Assembly: GCA_965235115.1 (NCBI GenBank)
Contig: OZ249436.1
Span: forward strand, 33,046,001 to 33,110,000
DNA from: Laetmonice hystrix
Taxonomy: Eukaryota
Direction: 5' to 3'
DNA: 64,000 nt
This document shows, in pieces, positions 34,227 to 46,339 of this stretch (the first letter of the stretch is position 1; each line of letters opens with the position of its first letter). Made by a program: the position numbers and the translations under genes. The notes beneath the pieces were generated by a model. That model was not told the origin of the DNA. It did not search any database and saw nothing but the letters and a program-made list of their open reading frames with translations.

Positions 34227-37061
34227 ATGGATGTAAACCCGAGGGATTCGCCGTTGCTCCCATCCATCTATCTAAAGTCTACCAGGATACCTGGACTTGT
34301 GGAGGGACCTTCTCCGACGCTGGATGTCAGTCAAAATGCAGCGATCCAAGCCCAACAGTCCGAGAGAACTATAAACCATCTCAAGGCCATCGCGGCTCTT
34401 TCTCCGGATTACAAACAAGCAAGACTGCCAAACAGATATGGTAAGATGCATACAGAAATACGGGCCTCAAGGTTTCAGAACAGGACTATTCTCAACACCT
34501 CAGGACTAATATTTCCACTTGCAAAACCGCTGATCACGAGTAAACAGGATCCCATTAACATGATCGGCGAGGCAAACAAGATGGGATCTGTCACCCCCGA
34601 CTCTGGTTCTAATTCAACTCCGTCGTACTCGTGTGACAAGGAAGACCTTTACCATCCTGTTCTATCCGCCACCAAACGGTTGGTTGACAAGTGGCAGATT
34701 AACATCAACTGTATCCAACCAGATGGCCGGCCAGTTCCTTCGGTCAGCCTTCCCGATTTACATTCCGGAAAGGCCGCGTCTTTGGTGAGTAACCTGATGC
34801 GGAGCCCATCCCCAGTCAGACGTTCAACAGGTAGAGCTTCTCTTGGCAAGCAATCCAGTACAAAGACGACAAGGATTGATCCTCTCTCCGAAAAATTCAC
34901 AGTTACCGCAGCTCCTTTGCAGACGGTCGTCAACGAAGAATCCCCTTCGGTTTCAGTCAGTTTCCAATTAAGAAAGGAATACGGAAAGAACCTGGAACGT
35001 AATTGGTATCAACAGAAACAGTTGCAGGAACAACGAGCCCACGAGGTGGAAAGGTACGCCAAACTTGTAGATTCCTACCACCTTGATAAAACTACCGACG
35101 AGTTCTATCAAGCCTTCTATACCTCTGGGTCGGACACTGACAGCGAGTCTCACACTCCGGCTGTGGGCGCCGTGTTTGTGTCAGAAAAACAAACAATAGT
35201 TTGCCGTGACGGTTCTCAGGGTGGTTCAGAAACAGAAGATAATCCTTATGAAGAAGGTCAGGCGCTAAGTGACGATGATGGGGATGCACCTTATTATAAT
35301 GTTCCGCTCATTCGTTTTGCATCGATGGATGTCCTTGTTAGTGACAGCGAGGATGAAAGCGGCTCGGACATTGAAACCATCCTGAAGGACAACCAGATTT
35401 TTGAACGTAAAATAAAACACAAAGCGAGACGAAAGCGTCAGCGAGAGGAGGCAAAGTATCAGGTTTTATTCCGAGATGACGTGTCAACAAATGGCATGGA
35501 CCTTTCTGACAGTGAGATCATGTCGGACACGATGCTGCGAGCCATTCGCCTGAAACTTGCCAAGTCCTCCGGCGACAATAAGGAATACAAGGAGACCTCC
35601 ACGCTGGCAGAGTTAAAAGATGAGGTCATGAACCTTCTGAAACGGTTCAAATTGTCAAATCAGAAGAAAGGAAAAAAGAAAAAAAGAAAGCAAAAGGTAG
35701 ATAACAAGGGATATGGAAGGTACAAGAGCGAAAGTTTGTACAATCGCTTTCTCGCAGAGTATGGATTTCTTTTGGATGGTTACGAACCAGGAGGAAGTTC
35801 TGATTCTAGTTCTTCCAGTTCTGAAAGCGATGATACTAGCAATGACACTGACAACAATCTCAGAACCCCCAGTCAGGGATCCTCGGGAAATTCGCGATTT
35901 CCATACATGTCGAAAATGACATCAGTGAGATTCATGGACACAACATTGAACAGAGAAGGAAAGCGTGATGTATGTTCTCCAAACAAACGATATGCACACA
36001 ACAGATCGACAGGGTCGACGCCTGAGGAACCCAAGGACGAGGTGGCGGTCACAAAGAAGAAAAGGAAGTCTCGTATGAAGCGAGTGTTGAAGTCGCTTTT
36101 CGCGGACACTGAAGCCGTCACTGGGCTTCCAGCTCCGCCTCGTAAACGTGGTTATCTAAGACGCCGCATGAGTGACCCTGGGGTAAAACGTGGCAGATCT
36201 TTGCTGTTCCAACCATCTGAGTCGACAATCGAAGAGCACTCTCCTGTCAGAAAAGCCAGGCTGCGAAAGCTCAGACTCCGCCAAAAGGCGAGGAATAAAA
36301 AGATTTTACTCGGCATACCAACCGTAGAGACGTCATTCTCTAAGTTTGGAGCAAACGCCAAAATAACCCCCGCGGATATTCCCGCGGGAGATGTCCAGCC
36401 TGGTAATAGTGGTAGTAGTAGTAATAATCTAAAGGAATGTGGTGACGAATTTAATATCGACCGTTCGACACTACGTCGTACGAAGAGCGCGTGCTGGTTC
36501 AGGCCGGGTAAGGACCGCGCCCTCCACCCACGGGAACTCGTCAGGGACATCAACTTTCCGGCCAAAGAGGTCAAACTGCAGATCTTTGAACGTCGACTGC
36601 AGCGCACCAAACGGAGGAAGGAGCGCAACAGACAGCGACAGGAACGCCTCCTGGCGGAAGATCTGGCGCGTCAGGAGAGACGTCAGCGCGATTTGGCTAT
36701 AAGACTTGATCTTTTGAAGCAGAATCGCAACTATCGGAAAGAGAATGGAAAATCAAACGAGGAGTCTATTGATGAGAAAGCTGCAAAGTTGGCAGCGATT
36801 CTTAAGGAAAGCCGCGGCAAGGATCCTCCCACTATTGATTATTCGTATTTGTTAACAAGTCCATATGTTTCGTCATGTGTTTCGTGGCAGGAGAAATCCA
36901 AGCCGGCAGATGAGACACAAGAAGTTATGTGGTATGCAGATGGGGTTCCTACGCCGAGTGAAATGTTCATGGAAATGAAAAATTGTAAATATATTCGCTG
37001 GCATCATAAAGATCAATTTATCATCAATAGGCTCAACGAACTAGAACTTACTTCGATCTGA
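34227..37061 (+). CDS. Intronless orphan ORF, 944 aa, low-complexity acidic/basic protein with coiled-coil and NLS-like tracts
   Basis: 2.8-kb uninterrupted non-repetitive ORF; accATGG Kozak context; ATTAAA at 37206-37211; KKKKRK tracts; coiled coil RRLQRTKRRKERNRQRQERLLAEDLARQERRQRD. Confidence 0.88.
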   Translation: MDVNPRDSPLLPSIYLKSTRIPGLVEGPSPTLDVSQNAAIQAQQSERTINHLKAIAALSPDYKQARLPNRYGKMHTEIRASRFQNRTILNTSGLIFPLAKPLITSKQDPINMIGEANKMGSVTPDSGSNSTPSYSCDKEDLYHPVLSATKRLVDKWQININCIQPDGRPVPSVSLPDLHSGKAASLVSNLMRSPSPVRRSTGRASLGKQSSTKTTRIDPLSEKFTVTAAPLQTVVNEESPSVSVSFQLRKEYGKNLERNWYQQKQLQEQRAHEVERYAKLVDSYHLDKTTDEFYQAFYTSGSDTDSESHTPAVGAVFVSEKQTIVCRDGSQGGSETEDNPYEEGQALSDDDGDAPYYNVPLIRFASMDVLVSDSEDESGSDIETILKDNQIFERKIKHKARRKRQREEAKYQVLFRDDVSTNGMDLSDSEIMSDTMLRAIRLKLAKSSGDNKEYKETSTLAELKDEVMNLLKRFKLSNQKKGKKKKRKQKVDNKGYGRYKSESLYNRFLAEYGFLLDGYEPGGSSDSSSSSSESDDTSNDTDNNLRTPSQGSSGNSRFPYMSKMTSVRFMDTTLNREGKRDVCSPNKRYAHNRSTGSTPEEPKDEVAVTKKKRKSRMKRVLKSLFADTEAVTGLPAPPRKRGYLRRRMSDPGVKRGRSLLFQPSESTIEEHSPVRKARLRKLRLRQKARNKKILLGIPTVETSFSKFGANAKITPADIPAGDVQPGNSGSSSNNLKECGDEFNIDRSTLRRTKSACWFRPGKDRALHPRELVRDINFPAKEVKLQIFERRLQRTKRRKERNRQRQERLLAEDLARQERRQRDLAIRLDLLKQNRNYRKENGKSNEESIDEKAAKLAAILKESRGKDPPTIDYSYLLTSPYVSSCVSWQEKSKPADETQEVMWYADGVPTPSEMFMEMKNCKYIRWHHKDQFIINRLNELELTSI

Positions 37062-37769
37062 GCGTTCTCTGAGGGTTAAAACTAATGGTTTATTGTAATG
37101 ACAATATCCACCTTAGGCCTAACAGCTAGCCCTGGAGAATAATGTAGGTCCCCCCTATAGATCTATGTTTTGTTGTACATGACTCTTGTAATCTGATTGT
37201 ATAGAATTAAAGAGATGCATATTCAACCATATACTCGTCTGTAAACTTTAGTTTGCGCGCGGGACAAGAAACGACTATAACGATTATAACTCCATAGAAA
37301 ATAGTGAATTCCTGGGACAGAAACATAACAACTTCACTTCATAAAGGTTGCTAGCGCACTCACAAGTCAAAGACCTAAATGAACACATTTAAATACTGAA
37401 TACATTTATTTACACTGGCTCATCAGAACTGTAAACAGGATGAATCAACTGTTCCTGTTATATTCAATCCGCAGGTACAGTCTATAACAAAAGTTATACG
37501 ATCCCAAATCTGTGGACTTTGTCTCTTTTTTTCACGTAGTACCGCAAAGTTCCTCCTTTACCCATTCCACCAGACACAGTTATGTACGCCGACATGTTAA
37601 TGACCCCGTAATGAGAAACCTTCAAATTTCCACTCCTGAAATGGTCCTCCTCCTGATCAGGTGCCAGGTTACGAGCGACTCTTCCCCAAAACCACAAAAA
37701 CCAATCTTAGGAGCAACGTCTGGTGGTGAAGGTAATCAAATGAATGGATGCTCCTGTATGTCCTCGCTC

Positions 37770-38348
37770 TTGTTCATGTTGTTCAGGACACAATGATCGT
37801 CTGTTCATAGTGTTCAGGACACAATGATTGTCTGTTCATGGGGTTCAGGACACAATGATCGTCTGTTCATGGTGTTCAGGACACAATGATAGTCTGTTCA
37901 TGTTGTTCAGGACACAATGATCGTCTGTTCATGGTGTTCAGGACACAATGATCGTCTGTTCATGTTGTTCAGGACACAATGATCGTCTGTCCATGTTGTT
38001 CAGGACACAATGATCGTCTGTTCATGGTGTTCAAGACACAATGATCGTCTGTTCATGGTGTTCAGGACACAATGATCGTCTGTTCATGTTGTTCAGGACA
38101 CAATGATGGGGTGTTCAGGACACAATGATCGTCTGTTCATGTTGTTCAGGACACAATGATCGTCTGTCCATGTTGTTCAGGACACAATGATGGTCTGTTC
38201 ATGGTGTTCAGGACACAATGATGGTCTGTTTATGGTGTTCAGGACACAATGATCGTCTGTTCAGGGTGTTCAGGACACAATGATCATCTGTTCATGGTGT
38301 TCAGGACACAACGATGGTCTGTTCATGTTGTTCAGGACACAACGATGG
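37770..38348. repeat. 31-bp minisatellite, about 19 copies, in the probable GHITM 3' UTR
   Basis: Unit tcgtctgttcatg(g/t)tgttcaggacacaatga (e.g. starts at 37921 and 37952). Confidence 0.95.
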
Positions 38349-38388
38349 CCACTCCTTGTCTTTTAGGACATAACTGTCACTCGACGTT

Positions 38389-40840
38389 TTACCGCCGCCG
38401 GTTACCACCACCAGCCAGGATGGTCGCGATGCGGATAAAGATGTTGACTGTATCAAGGTAGATGCTGATAGAACTAGAAAACAAAGGAGAAGTTGGGATG
38501 ATTTATGTCTTTGACCAAAGAAAATCAAGATGTATTACGTTATACATGTACAGTATAGGCATCTTTATACATGTTTCATCATCCAGGGAGCATGGTAATG
38601 ATTGCTCTGTTAGTTTTATTATCAATTCTATGTTCACGTAGTGTTTGGAAGAAATAAAGCACGCTCCAACTGGTAAAATATACCTTGGTCTTATCAATAT
38701 GTACCTACTCTTTATACAAAACAACCATTGCTCAGGGGGGAAAAAACTTGCTTTAGATCTTCATTTGATATTCAACACTGAAGCATACATCAGTTGATAA
38801 TACAAGTTGGGCTGTGAATCACTGTATAATACACACTTGTTGACGGGGTCGTACGGTTGTGCTGCATAGACTGGATGAGTCTCGGCACGCTTGACGATCT
38901 TCTGGGTATCATAGAGGAGGAACATACTAAAGAGGACCAAACCTCCATACAAACTGATGGAGTAGAGGCCGGCACCTAGTGCTGTGGTTGGGGGCAGGAA
39001 GGCCGAACCTGGCGGAGATCAGGGATAAATATATACCGCTCGTAAATATATACTCGTCATTCTGGTTTATACTTAGCTTCTTATATGATAACAGGATGTG
39101 TAAACAAGTATAATATCTACTTTGAATTTACACATTTTCCATTGACAAAATTTTACCTATTTTATAGAGCCTGAGTCACTTACCAAGTGATGACACAAGG
39201 ACGACACCAAGCCCCATGGCGAGAGGTCCACCCATGTTTAAGAACTTCTCACTGGGTGCACACACAGCCAACGTTGACAGCCCTGTAACAGAGATCCCAA
39301 TAAATTATTAACCAAATAATATACAGGTACCATTACTTAAAATACACATCGATGATGACACAAACTCCCAGACCAAATGCTATAATGGCAGACCTACCAA
39401 CCACTGAATTTTAAAAACACACACCTCCATACTTTTTCCAAATAAATGGCAAGTTAATCTTACCCCCTACAACTCCGGCAGTGTAGCAAGCTGCCCTGAC
39501 CAGCAGGGGGCCTCCAAGGAGGGTGATGGGGGCCACTACAGCCCCAACCACACAACTATGTAACATCCACGCTAACTGTTTGGATCCAAATCCTGGCTGG
39601 TAGGGGATAGACCTGGCAACCATTCCTGTCCCGATCATGGCCACAATGGATGCAATGATCGACTTAAATTAAAAATACAATGAAATGGGACATCATCTTA
39701 GGACTTCAATACAATCTTTAGAGCATATCTACAAAGACCCTAAAATTTACATTTAAATCTGTAGTTCTGTACTCTTTGTGAAGTCAGTCTGCTCACTCAG
39801 ACCTTTGTGAAGTCTTTCCAAAATGGCCACTAGTTACACTAAACAAGCCTTTCGTTTGTCCTCTGCCAAAAACTGTACATTTCAAAATCCCCAGAATATA
39901 ATATATCAGATGGCAAATATTTCAAAGAATAGTATACCAACAACAAAATTCTTACCACCCATGAATTTTTCATCATTATGCTCATCATTCGTGGACTTCG
40001 AGAAATTGCTACAGCTGTTCCAGCGGTGAAGACTAGACTACTTCCAAAGTACAAATATGTATCTCTGATACGAGCTTTGACAACATCTGGCCATATCCTT
40101 TTAAAGAAAAATAATTGATGGTTAATTTAGATTACAACTGTGAACAATAATAAATACACTGTAAACATTACACTTTTCCTTGTAACATGTTTGTGTAACA
40201 TTCATTGTGTAAAGTGAAGACATGATTCTTACCCTGCTCGGTCAATGGCTCCAACCTCATTTGACATACCAAGTCCATAGTAACATAGTGCTCCGAGGCC
40301 AAGAACTGATGAACCTGCCACTAAACCTTTGCCTATTGTGAATGCTGAAAACGAAGAAACAAAAACCAGAATAAGTATGACTGTCACCTCCAAAAACTGT
40401 TCCTACATGGTTCTTCTTGAGTATGAGCTAAAATTGGATAGCACCTGTAGCTAATGGTCTCTACTGGTGGAGAACGTTTACAGTTCTAAGGCCAATTGGG
40501 AATAACCATTCTTTGGTATCAATGTGCCCAACAACATGATTATGTGTCCCTGTAACCAGTTAAATAACAAATTACTATTCTATGAAAGCCTTTACAATGT
40601 AATTTGTTTGTAAAACTTAGTTTAACATAAATCCACTCTCTGACCTGAATCTCCTGCTGGTGCACTAATCCTCTCACGTAAGGTGGGTGTTTTTACCCGT
40701 CTCAGTCCAGATGTGCGGCTTTGCGTGGCCATCTGTCTTGACAATACACATTGTACATTTCTCGGTGCAGAGACCACAGGTCGCGACAGCGCCGTCACAA
40801 AGGTGGTCAGTGGAATGGTGCTTAACCTTGCCGCCAACAT
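38389..40840 (-). CDS. GHITM: Growth hormone-inducible transmembrane protein (GHITM/MICS1/TMBIM5), 334 aa
   Basis: 7 phase-compatible coding exons: 40645-40840, 40233-40344, 39956-40097, 39464-39662, 39184-39282, 38837-39008, 38389-38473 (1005 nt). Motifs MLAARL, GLGALCYYGLGMSNEVGAI, APSEKFLNMG, YGGLVLFSMFLLYDTQK, YDPVN..SIYLDTVNIF..GGNRRR closely match GHITM. Confidence 0.96.
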
Positions 40841-40941
40841 TCTGAACTGGAAAGAATAAGGTAGTAATATACGGTAGGTAATTATATAATGTTTATCATG
40901 ATAGTTATAATGAGACACCTAGGGCGCTAAGGCTTAGGCTC

Positions 40942-41356
40942 CAGGGCCGTAGCTAGCGTGGTGGCAGGGGGGCAGCCGCCCCCTGGAAAACCTTGGATTT
41001 TTTTCCCAGATGCCAGGAAAATTCTCATTTGGCCCTGTAATTTCCATTTTTTGGGGGGAGGGCACCCAGACCCCCTGCTCATGCCTTCGAGCCTTCGGCG
41101 CTTTCATAGGGACACCACAGGGCTCAAAAAAGATCTACCAGTTTTAGCTTGCTCGAACTTGATCTTCGGGCAAGTAGTAACCAAGACATAGGAGCCGTCT
41201 ACTACACAAACCTTAAATTTTACTTGCCCAGGGACATAGTCATAGGTTTTTTTTTAAGCCCTGCACCACCTTTCCAAAATTCCTAAATCCACCCATGACT
41301 GCCCCCCCCCCCCACACACACACACACACACTCAGAAATTTCTAGCTACGGCCCTG
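40942..41356. mobile_element. 415-bp MITE with CAGGGCCGTAGCTAG termini and a 5-bp TSD, in GHITM intron 1
   Basis: Perfect 15-bp TIR (40942-40956 / 41342-41356); ggctc directly flanks both sides (40937-40941, 41357-41361). Confidence 0.85.
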
Positions 41357-41719
41357 GGCTCTGCCTCTGACTTTTTTCCACTTACGACTTAGTCAAGTAA
41401 GTGGGGTGGGGAGGGGGTGCAATAGCCCTAATTGCAATGCCTATATTGTTCTTTTCCTTTAACCCAGCCAGAGAGTAAGGGATAAATTCAATTCGTAAAC
41501 CATAGCAGAGGTAGGCCTGCTACTATTAAACTCAGTGCAGGCAAAAGGGAAATGACACAGGTCAGTCCATGACATTTGCGCCACACCCAGTGAAGTCACA
41601 CAAAACATTCATTATCGCCCGGTCATTGCCAAGTCTTCATTCTGGCAATTTCTGCCTCATGGAAATCAAGTGGTTCACTCGTGAGCCTCTTTATTATCAA
41701 AATCATCACGCAAACTTAC

Positions 41720-41895
41720 CTTGTCTCGTTTGTACTGATCCTCAAGACGAAATCGAAACTGCGCAGCTTAGAGTTAGACGGTTGTCGTCCGAGTGTCAAT
41801 GTGATATTCTAGAACCGGAAGTGATGAAAACGTGTTGTTATGAAAGATGACGCCACCTGGTGGAAGCGTCGATTGTGGTGCCCCCTAGCGGATCA
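41720..41895 (-). promoter_or_regulatory. Probable GHITM non-coding first exon and promoter (ETS/GABP motif, two CTCF-like motifs)
   Basis: Minus-strand donor gagacaag|gtaagt at 41720. ccggaagtg at 41815-41823. CTCF-like CCACCAGGTGGCG (41851-41863) and CCGCTAGGGGGCAC (41879-41892), both read on the minus strand. Confidence 0.6.
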
Positions 41896-44800
41896 TATCC
41901 GATATTTTACCTCGTTTTCCACTTTCCCGCGAGCGACACCGTGCCAGTCATCACGTGACTGCAGGAGTCAAGGGTGTATAGCCAGGGGGGGATTCCAGGT
42001 TGCCTGGAACCAACCCCCCCCCCCCTCCCCGGGAAAAAATATAAAAAATTGATAGATAATTAAGTAACTAAATAGATCTAAATGAGTGACTACTAATAGC
42101 CTATATGGTTGCCCCCCCCCCCCATGCAGTTGGACCCCCCCCTGATCTCTGTTCTAATAAGGCCTTATATTAATCTCCTCTCAAATATAACTTTAAAGGC
42201 GTTTGCCACATTTTAGGCCTATATTGGCTGAGTTCAGGGTCTATAGGCCTAGAGGCCTAAACTGAATTGAGCATATTTTCTGTCCAGTAGGCCTAGGCCT
42301 ATTTGGCTGGGGGCAGGTGCCCTTGTAAGGGGCTTTTCTTCTCTTTTTTTATTGGCGTTTGAGTACCACACATGGTCCGTTCACCCACCCCCCCCCCCCC
42401 CTCCTGGGCCTAGGGTATAGAATCTTCTACTAGTTATAAGTCAGTGAATGATCAGCAGGCTCGTATACGAAGAATCTTTCGGAGGGGTGGGTGGGTCGGG
42501 GACGTGTCTTTTGAAAATAGACCTTTGCGAGTGATGACACAACCGCCGTACGTGCAACGCCTGGGGGGGGGGGGGGCTCTTCCTTTAAATCATTAAAAAT
42601 GGCAATGGCAAAAAATGGGATGGTTAATTGATCTGCCGATAGATGGAGTTAGTAGTAATCCCCACCGGTGGTTGGTGCATTGACGGGCGCAGCAAAATGA
42701 CATCGCTTTAAAACTGTGGGCTTCCAACAGATACGTTTCCCATTGCTATGCAATGTTACGTTGAATTTAGTGGAAGAATTCTTTATTCTTCATGATGTTC
42801 CGTCTCTAATGCCGTAGCAATACGGATACTAAGACTGGTGGCGCCACATGTTGGAGAAATTGTCAGAACGGAAACCCAGGCCGATTTGGCTGAAATTGTC
42901 AGTATCTTTTTTGTGCCCCCCCCCCCCCCTCCTTCAAAGCCCCTTCACACGCCCAAGCAGGACTAGTCTATAGTGTATAAAAGAACAACTTCCTTCGCTT
43001 CTGTGAAAGCATCATAATAGAGCATTTATTTGTTGTATATACAGTATAAAAGAACAGAGTTCCATCGAAACCAACCTGCATCGAGAGGAACACGGAAATT
43101 CCAAGAGAGGCATGCTTGTAGTACTATTGTGGGAGCTCCATTGCATATGGCTTGTTATGCTCTACTTGCCAATGTACAGTTTGAGTGCCTGGAGCGCAGT
43201 TATATTATATTACAATATACATACCTTTGTACATCACAAGGTGCCAACGCATACCTACTAGTTTACACTACTACAAAGAGGCACAGTTTGATGAGGCCAC
43301 TATCTGACCTTGACCTTTTAATTGACCTGACCTGACCCATGACCTGAACAAAGAAAGCAATGGGACGGACTGGCCCTCTACGAAAACCACATCAATGGAC
43401 AATACCTTCAACTTATTCTTTTGGCATCCTAGCGGCTATTTTGGGTGAGACGGGGATAAAACGAAGCATCATTTCACAAATGAATCACTTTCCACATTCA
43501 AAGTCACGTTTCATTGTAAGCGAAAGGGAATAAACATTGGATGTTTTCTGCATGGTCTATACATTAAATTTCTACATACTATTCGAGGCTCTACACTTGA
43601 GGCATTGTCCATGAATGGTTCTCATTTTCCATTCTTTGTCGGTCAGGTTCATCTAGTAGACAATTCAATTGTCAATAACTAAGGCAGAACTGGGTGAGAG
43701 TATATGTACCACTCTGTACATTCTCTGGTAAACAAAAATATAAAAAGATCTATCTTTGCATAATTTAAGACTGCAGTGACCTGGTCAAATTTCTGGCCAC
43801 CCATACCTTTGTGAAATATAAAATACCATATATGGAGATGACGCTTTTAGCTGAGGGTTATAACCAAATATGGCGACAGTGTTATATACCCGTCAGAGTA
43901 GAGTTTCCTGACTTCGCCACATATTGTACATAGTCTCTGCTGAGCTCACCTTTCGATTTCAAGGTGCAGGCACAACCGGGTGAAACTCCATATCAATCAA
44001 CTGCAACATAGTTCTGAATGGATCCGATATAAACATTGAGATACAGTACACCAAGCTCTCCGTCGGTTTCCGTGAAGGATTTGTATGAAGAACATCACGG
44101 GTATAACTTAGTTATTTTATCTAATAGATCATTGTATAAATTTAAGATTTTTATTTCAATCATCTTCATTTATTTTAATGTGCTCTTAACAGATAAAGTA
44201 TGCTTCTTCGTGAAAAGCCATGTAAAATCAAATGTACTTCAAGTACAATCTATATAACCATATAACGGAAAAAGAAAATGTTTCTCAAACTTTTCTCACT
44301 ATGGATATACACCCTTTTAATTTTACCCCAAAATAAATATTCTACATCACCAATCAATGCTAAAAACCAGTATTTTCAATTCTTAGCTGATTATCTGTAA
44401 ACTCAGCCATCGAGGGAAACACAAGATATTAGGATGCACATGAAACCATTTCTTTTAAATCAGCAATTGTCAATTTTCATGGCAATCTGAAGTAAATACC
44501 AGACCTAAGTTTTGTTGTGCCTCATTATTTATAATTAAAGAGTATAACAGGTGACCTTATGGTAGAGATAAACATACCAACTGTGAAGTTATACTTGCTT
44601 CACTATAATAAGGATGATAATAATTACATTCTCTTGTCTTTCCTTTTTAAAAAAAGGCATAGCATATATATAGTTTTCTTGTTGTTTGCGTTGTGTTCCT
44701 CAGTATCGGCCTATCGTACACACAATGTTAATGAAGACATGCCCAAGGCTATCTGATCCATCATGTATTACCGATAGACAGCAATGATTCAATACACTAG

Positions 44801-46339
44801 TGAATAACATCTCTAGTACATGTAAGCCGGACAAAACAGCAGTCTGCAGTTACAAGTCTCACCAGCTGTGATTGGCCAACGAAACCTACCAATCACAAGA
44901 CAGAACAGTGACAACATGCATAATAATGATCCAAGCACCATGAGAACACCTAATTCAGTCTCGTATAGTTTCACAATGCCAGCATGGTGAGAGATGCATG
45001 AACAAGTAATGATTCCATAAGGTGCTAGTACACCATCGTACAAAGTATATCAAGGATCCAACATAGAAAAATGCTGCAATAGTTATTCCCACTCCACAAA
45101 CCTGGGTAGCGTTCAATTTTAGTTTCAGGTATCACAGGCGCGGGAGAAAACAGTTGCAGTTTCTCTGCACGCTGGCCACAGTGTGGGCCTGCTTCCGACG
45201 GCCGCAATGCCGCGGCGTCATCTACATTGTCTCGTGTAGGCTTCGCGTGCCTTTCCCACCTCCACTGCCTATACTAGAGTCTCCATATCAAAGACACTCA
45301 GCAAGCCTCACTGGCAATCTCGTTGCTTTGTACAGGATTTCCCCTTGCTCTTTCAGTGCCCTTGCATGGGGCGCTGTGGATCAGAATCTCAAAGAGTCTC
45401 TTCAACATCAGGCAGGCAGCGTGAATACTGACCCACAGGCGGTCTGGTGGTCACTTCCTGGGATTGGTTCTAGGTCACTTGGAGGTCATTCTATTATTGA
45501 TATATACTTGGACACCATGTACCACACAATACTTATGCTCACCTTATGGCAGAAAACGGTAAGTACGCACAACACTCTCATATATATAGATATCAAGATG
45601 TATATTATTATTATTATCATCATCATATTTAGGATCAACAGCTTCTATAATCTGGCTTCTTATAATATAGAAATGTCAATTGTTTTCAAAAAATTGAACA
45701 GTCAAGAACCATTATATAAGAAATTATCTCTACACAAAAAAGAGGCCCCCTGATCACATTTCCTTTGCATTCTTTTTGCGATCATTTCATTATCCTAATG
45801 TACATAATAAAACTTCATGGGTATTACTCCATTCACAATAAATAGTCTCCTTCCAACTTTTGTCATTGAACTGAGGTAAAAAACAGTTCTCACATGAAAC
45901 TACATGTACTTATGTAATGTTGACCTTTCTATATTTATATTCTCTCTCCTTTCGTTTTCCATTCACGTGACCATCAGACCTGTCCTGCAGAGGTCATTCA
46001 GTGCATGCCGCCAGGGCAATGTCGTCAGAAGTGCACTGACTGCGTTTTGGGAGGCATATAGCATCTGCGTTTTGCTGTGTATGCATTCAGTCACGAGTTT
46101 GTGGCCCCACCGACTGACCATCATCCACTCAACGTAACACTGGCGCTCCGCCGGCCAGCGCAGCGGCCGGCCAGCATACTTTTAGTCATTATCTGTGCAA
46201 TTCGTGGTTGGCGCCCTCTATCAAGTGTCTCTGTCACTATTTTTAGGATTTTGGCCAGTAGATGGCGCGTCAACCGGTGTTGTGGTGGCTGGCCGGGGGG
46301 GTTGGCGGCACTGCGCGTCAACAATGCCCGCGCACGACG

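Noticed and set aside
43290-43860. tgaccttgacc-rich interspersed repeat family member
   Set aside because: The motif is suggestive but I could not define ends, TIRs or a TSD from the sequence alone.
44813-45460. Membrane-protein-like ORF fragments on the minus strand downstream of the UNC5 stop
   Set aside because: Multiple stops and frame switches, with no consistent splice signals; probably UTR or intergenic, or a decayed repeat.
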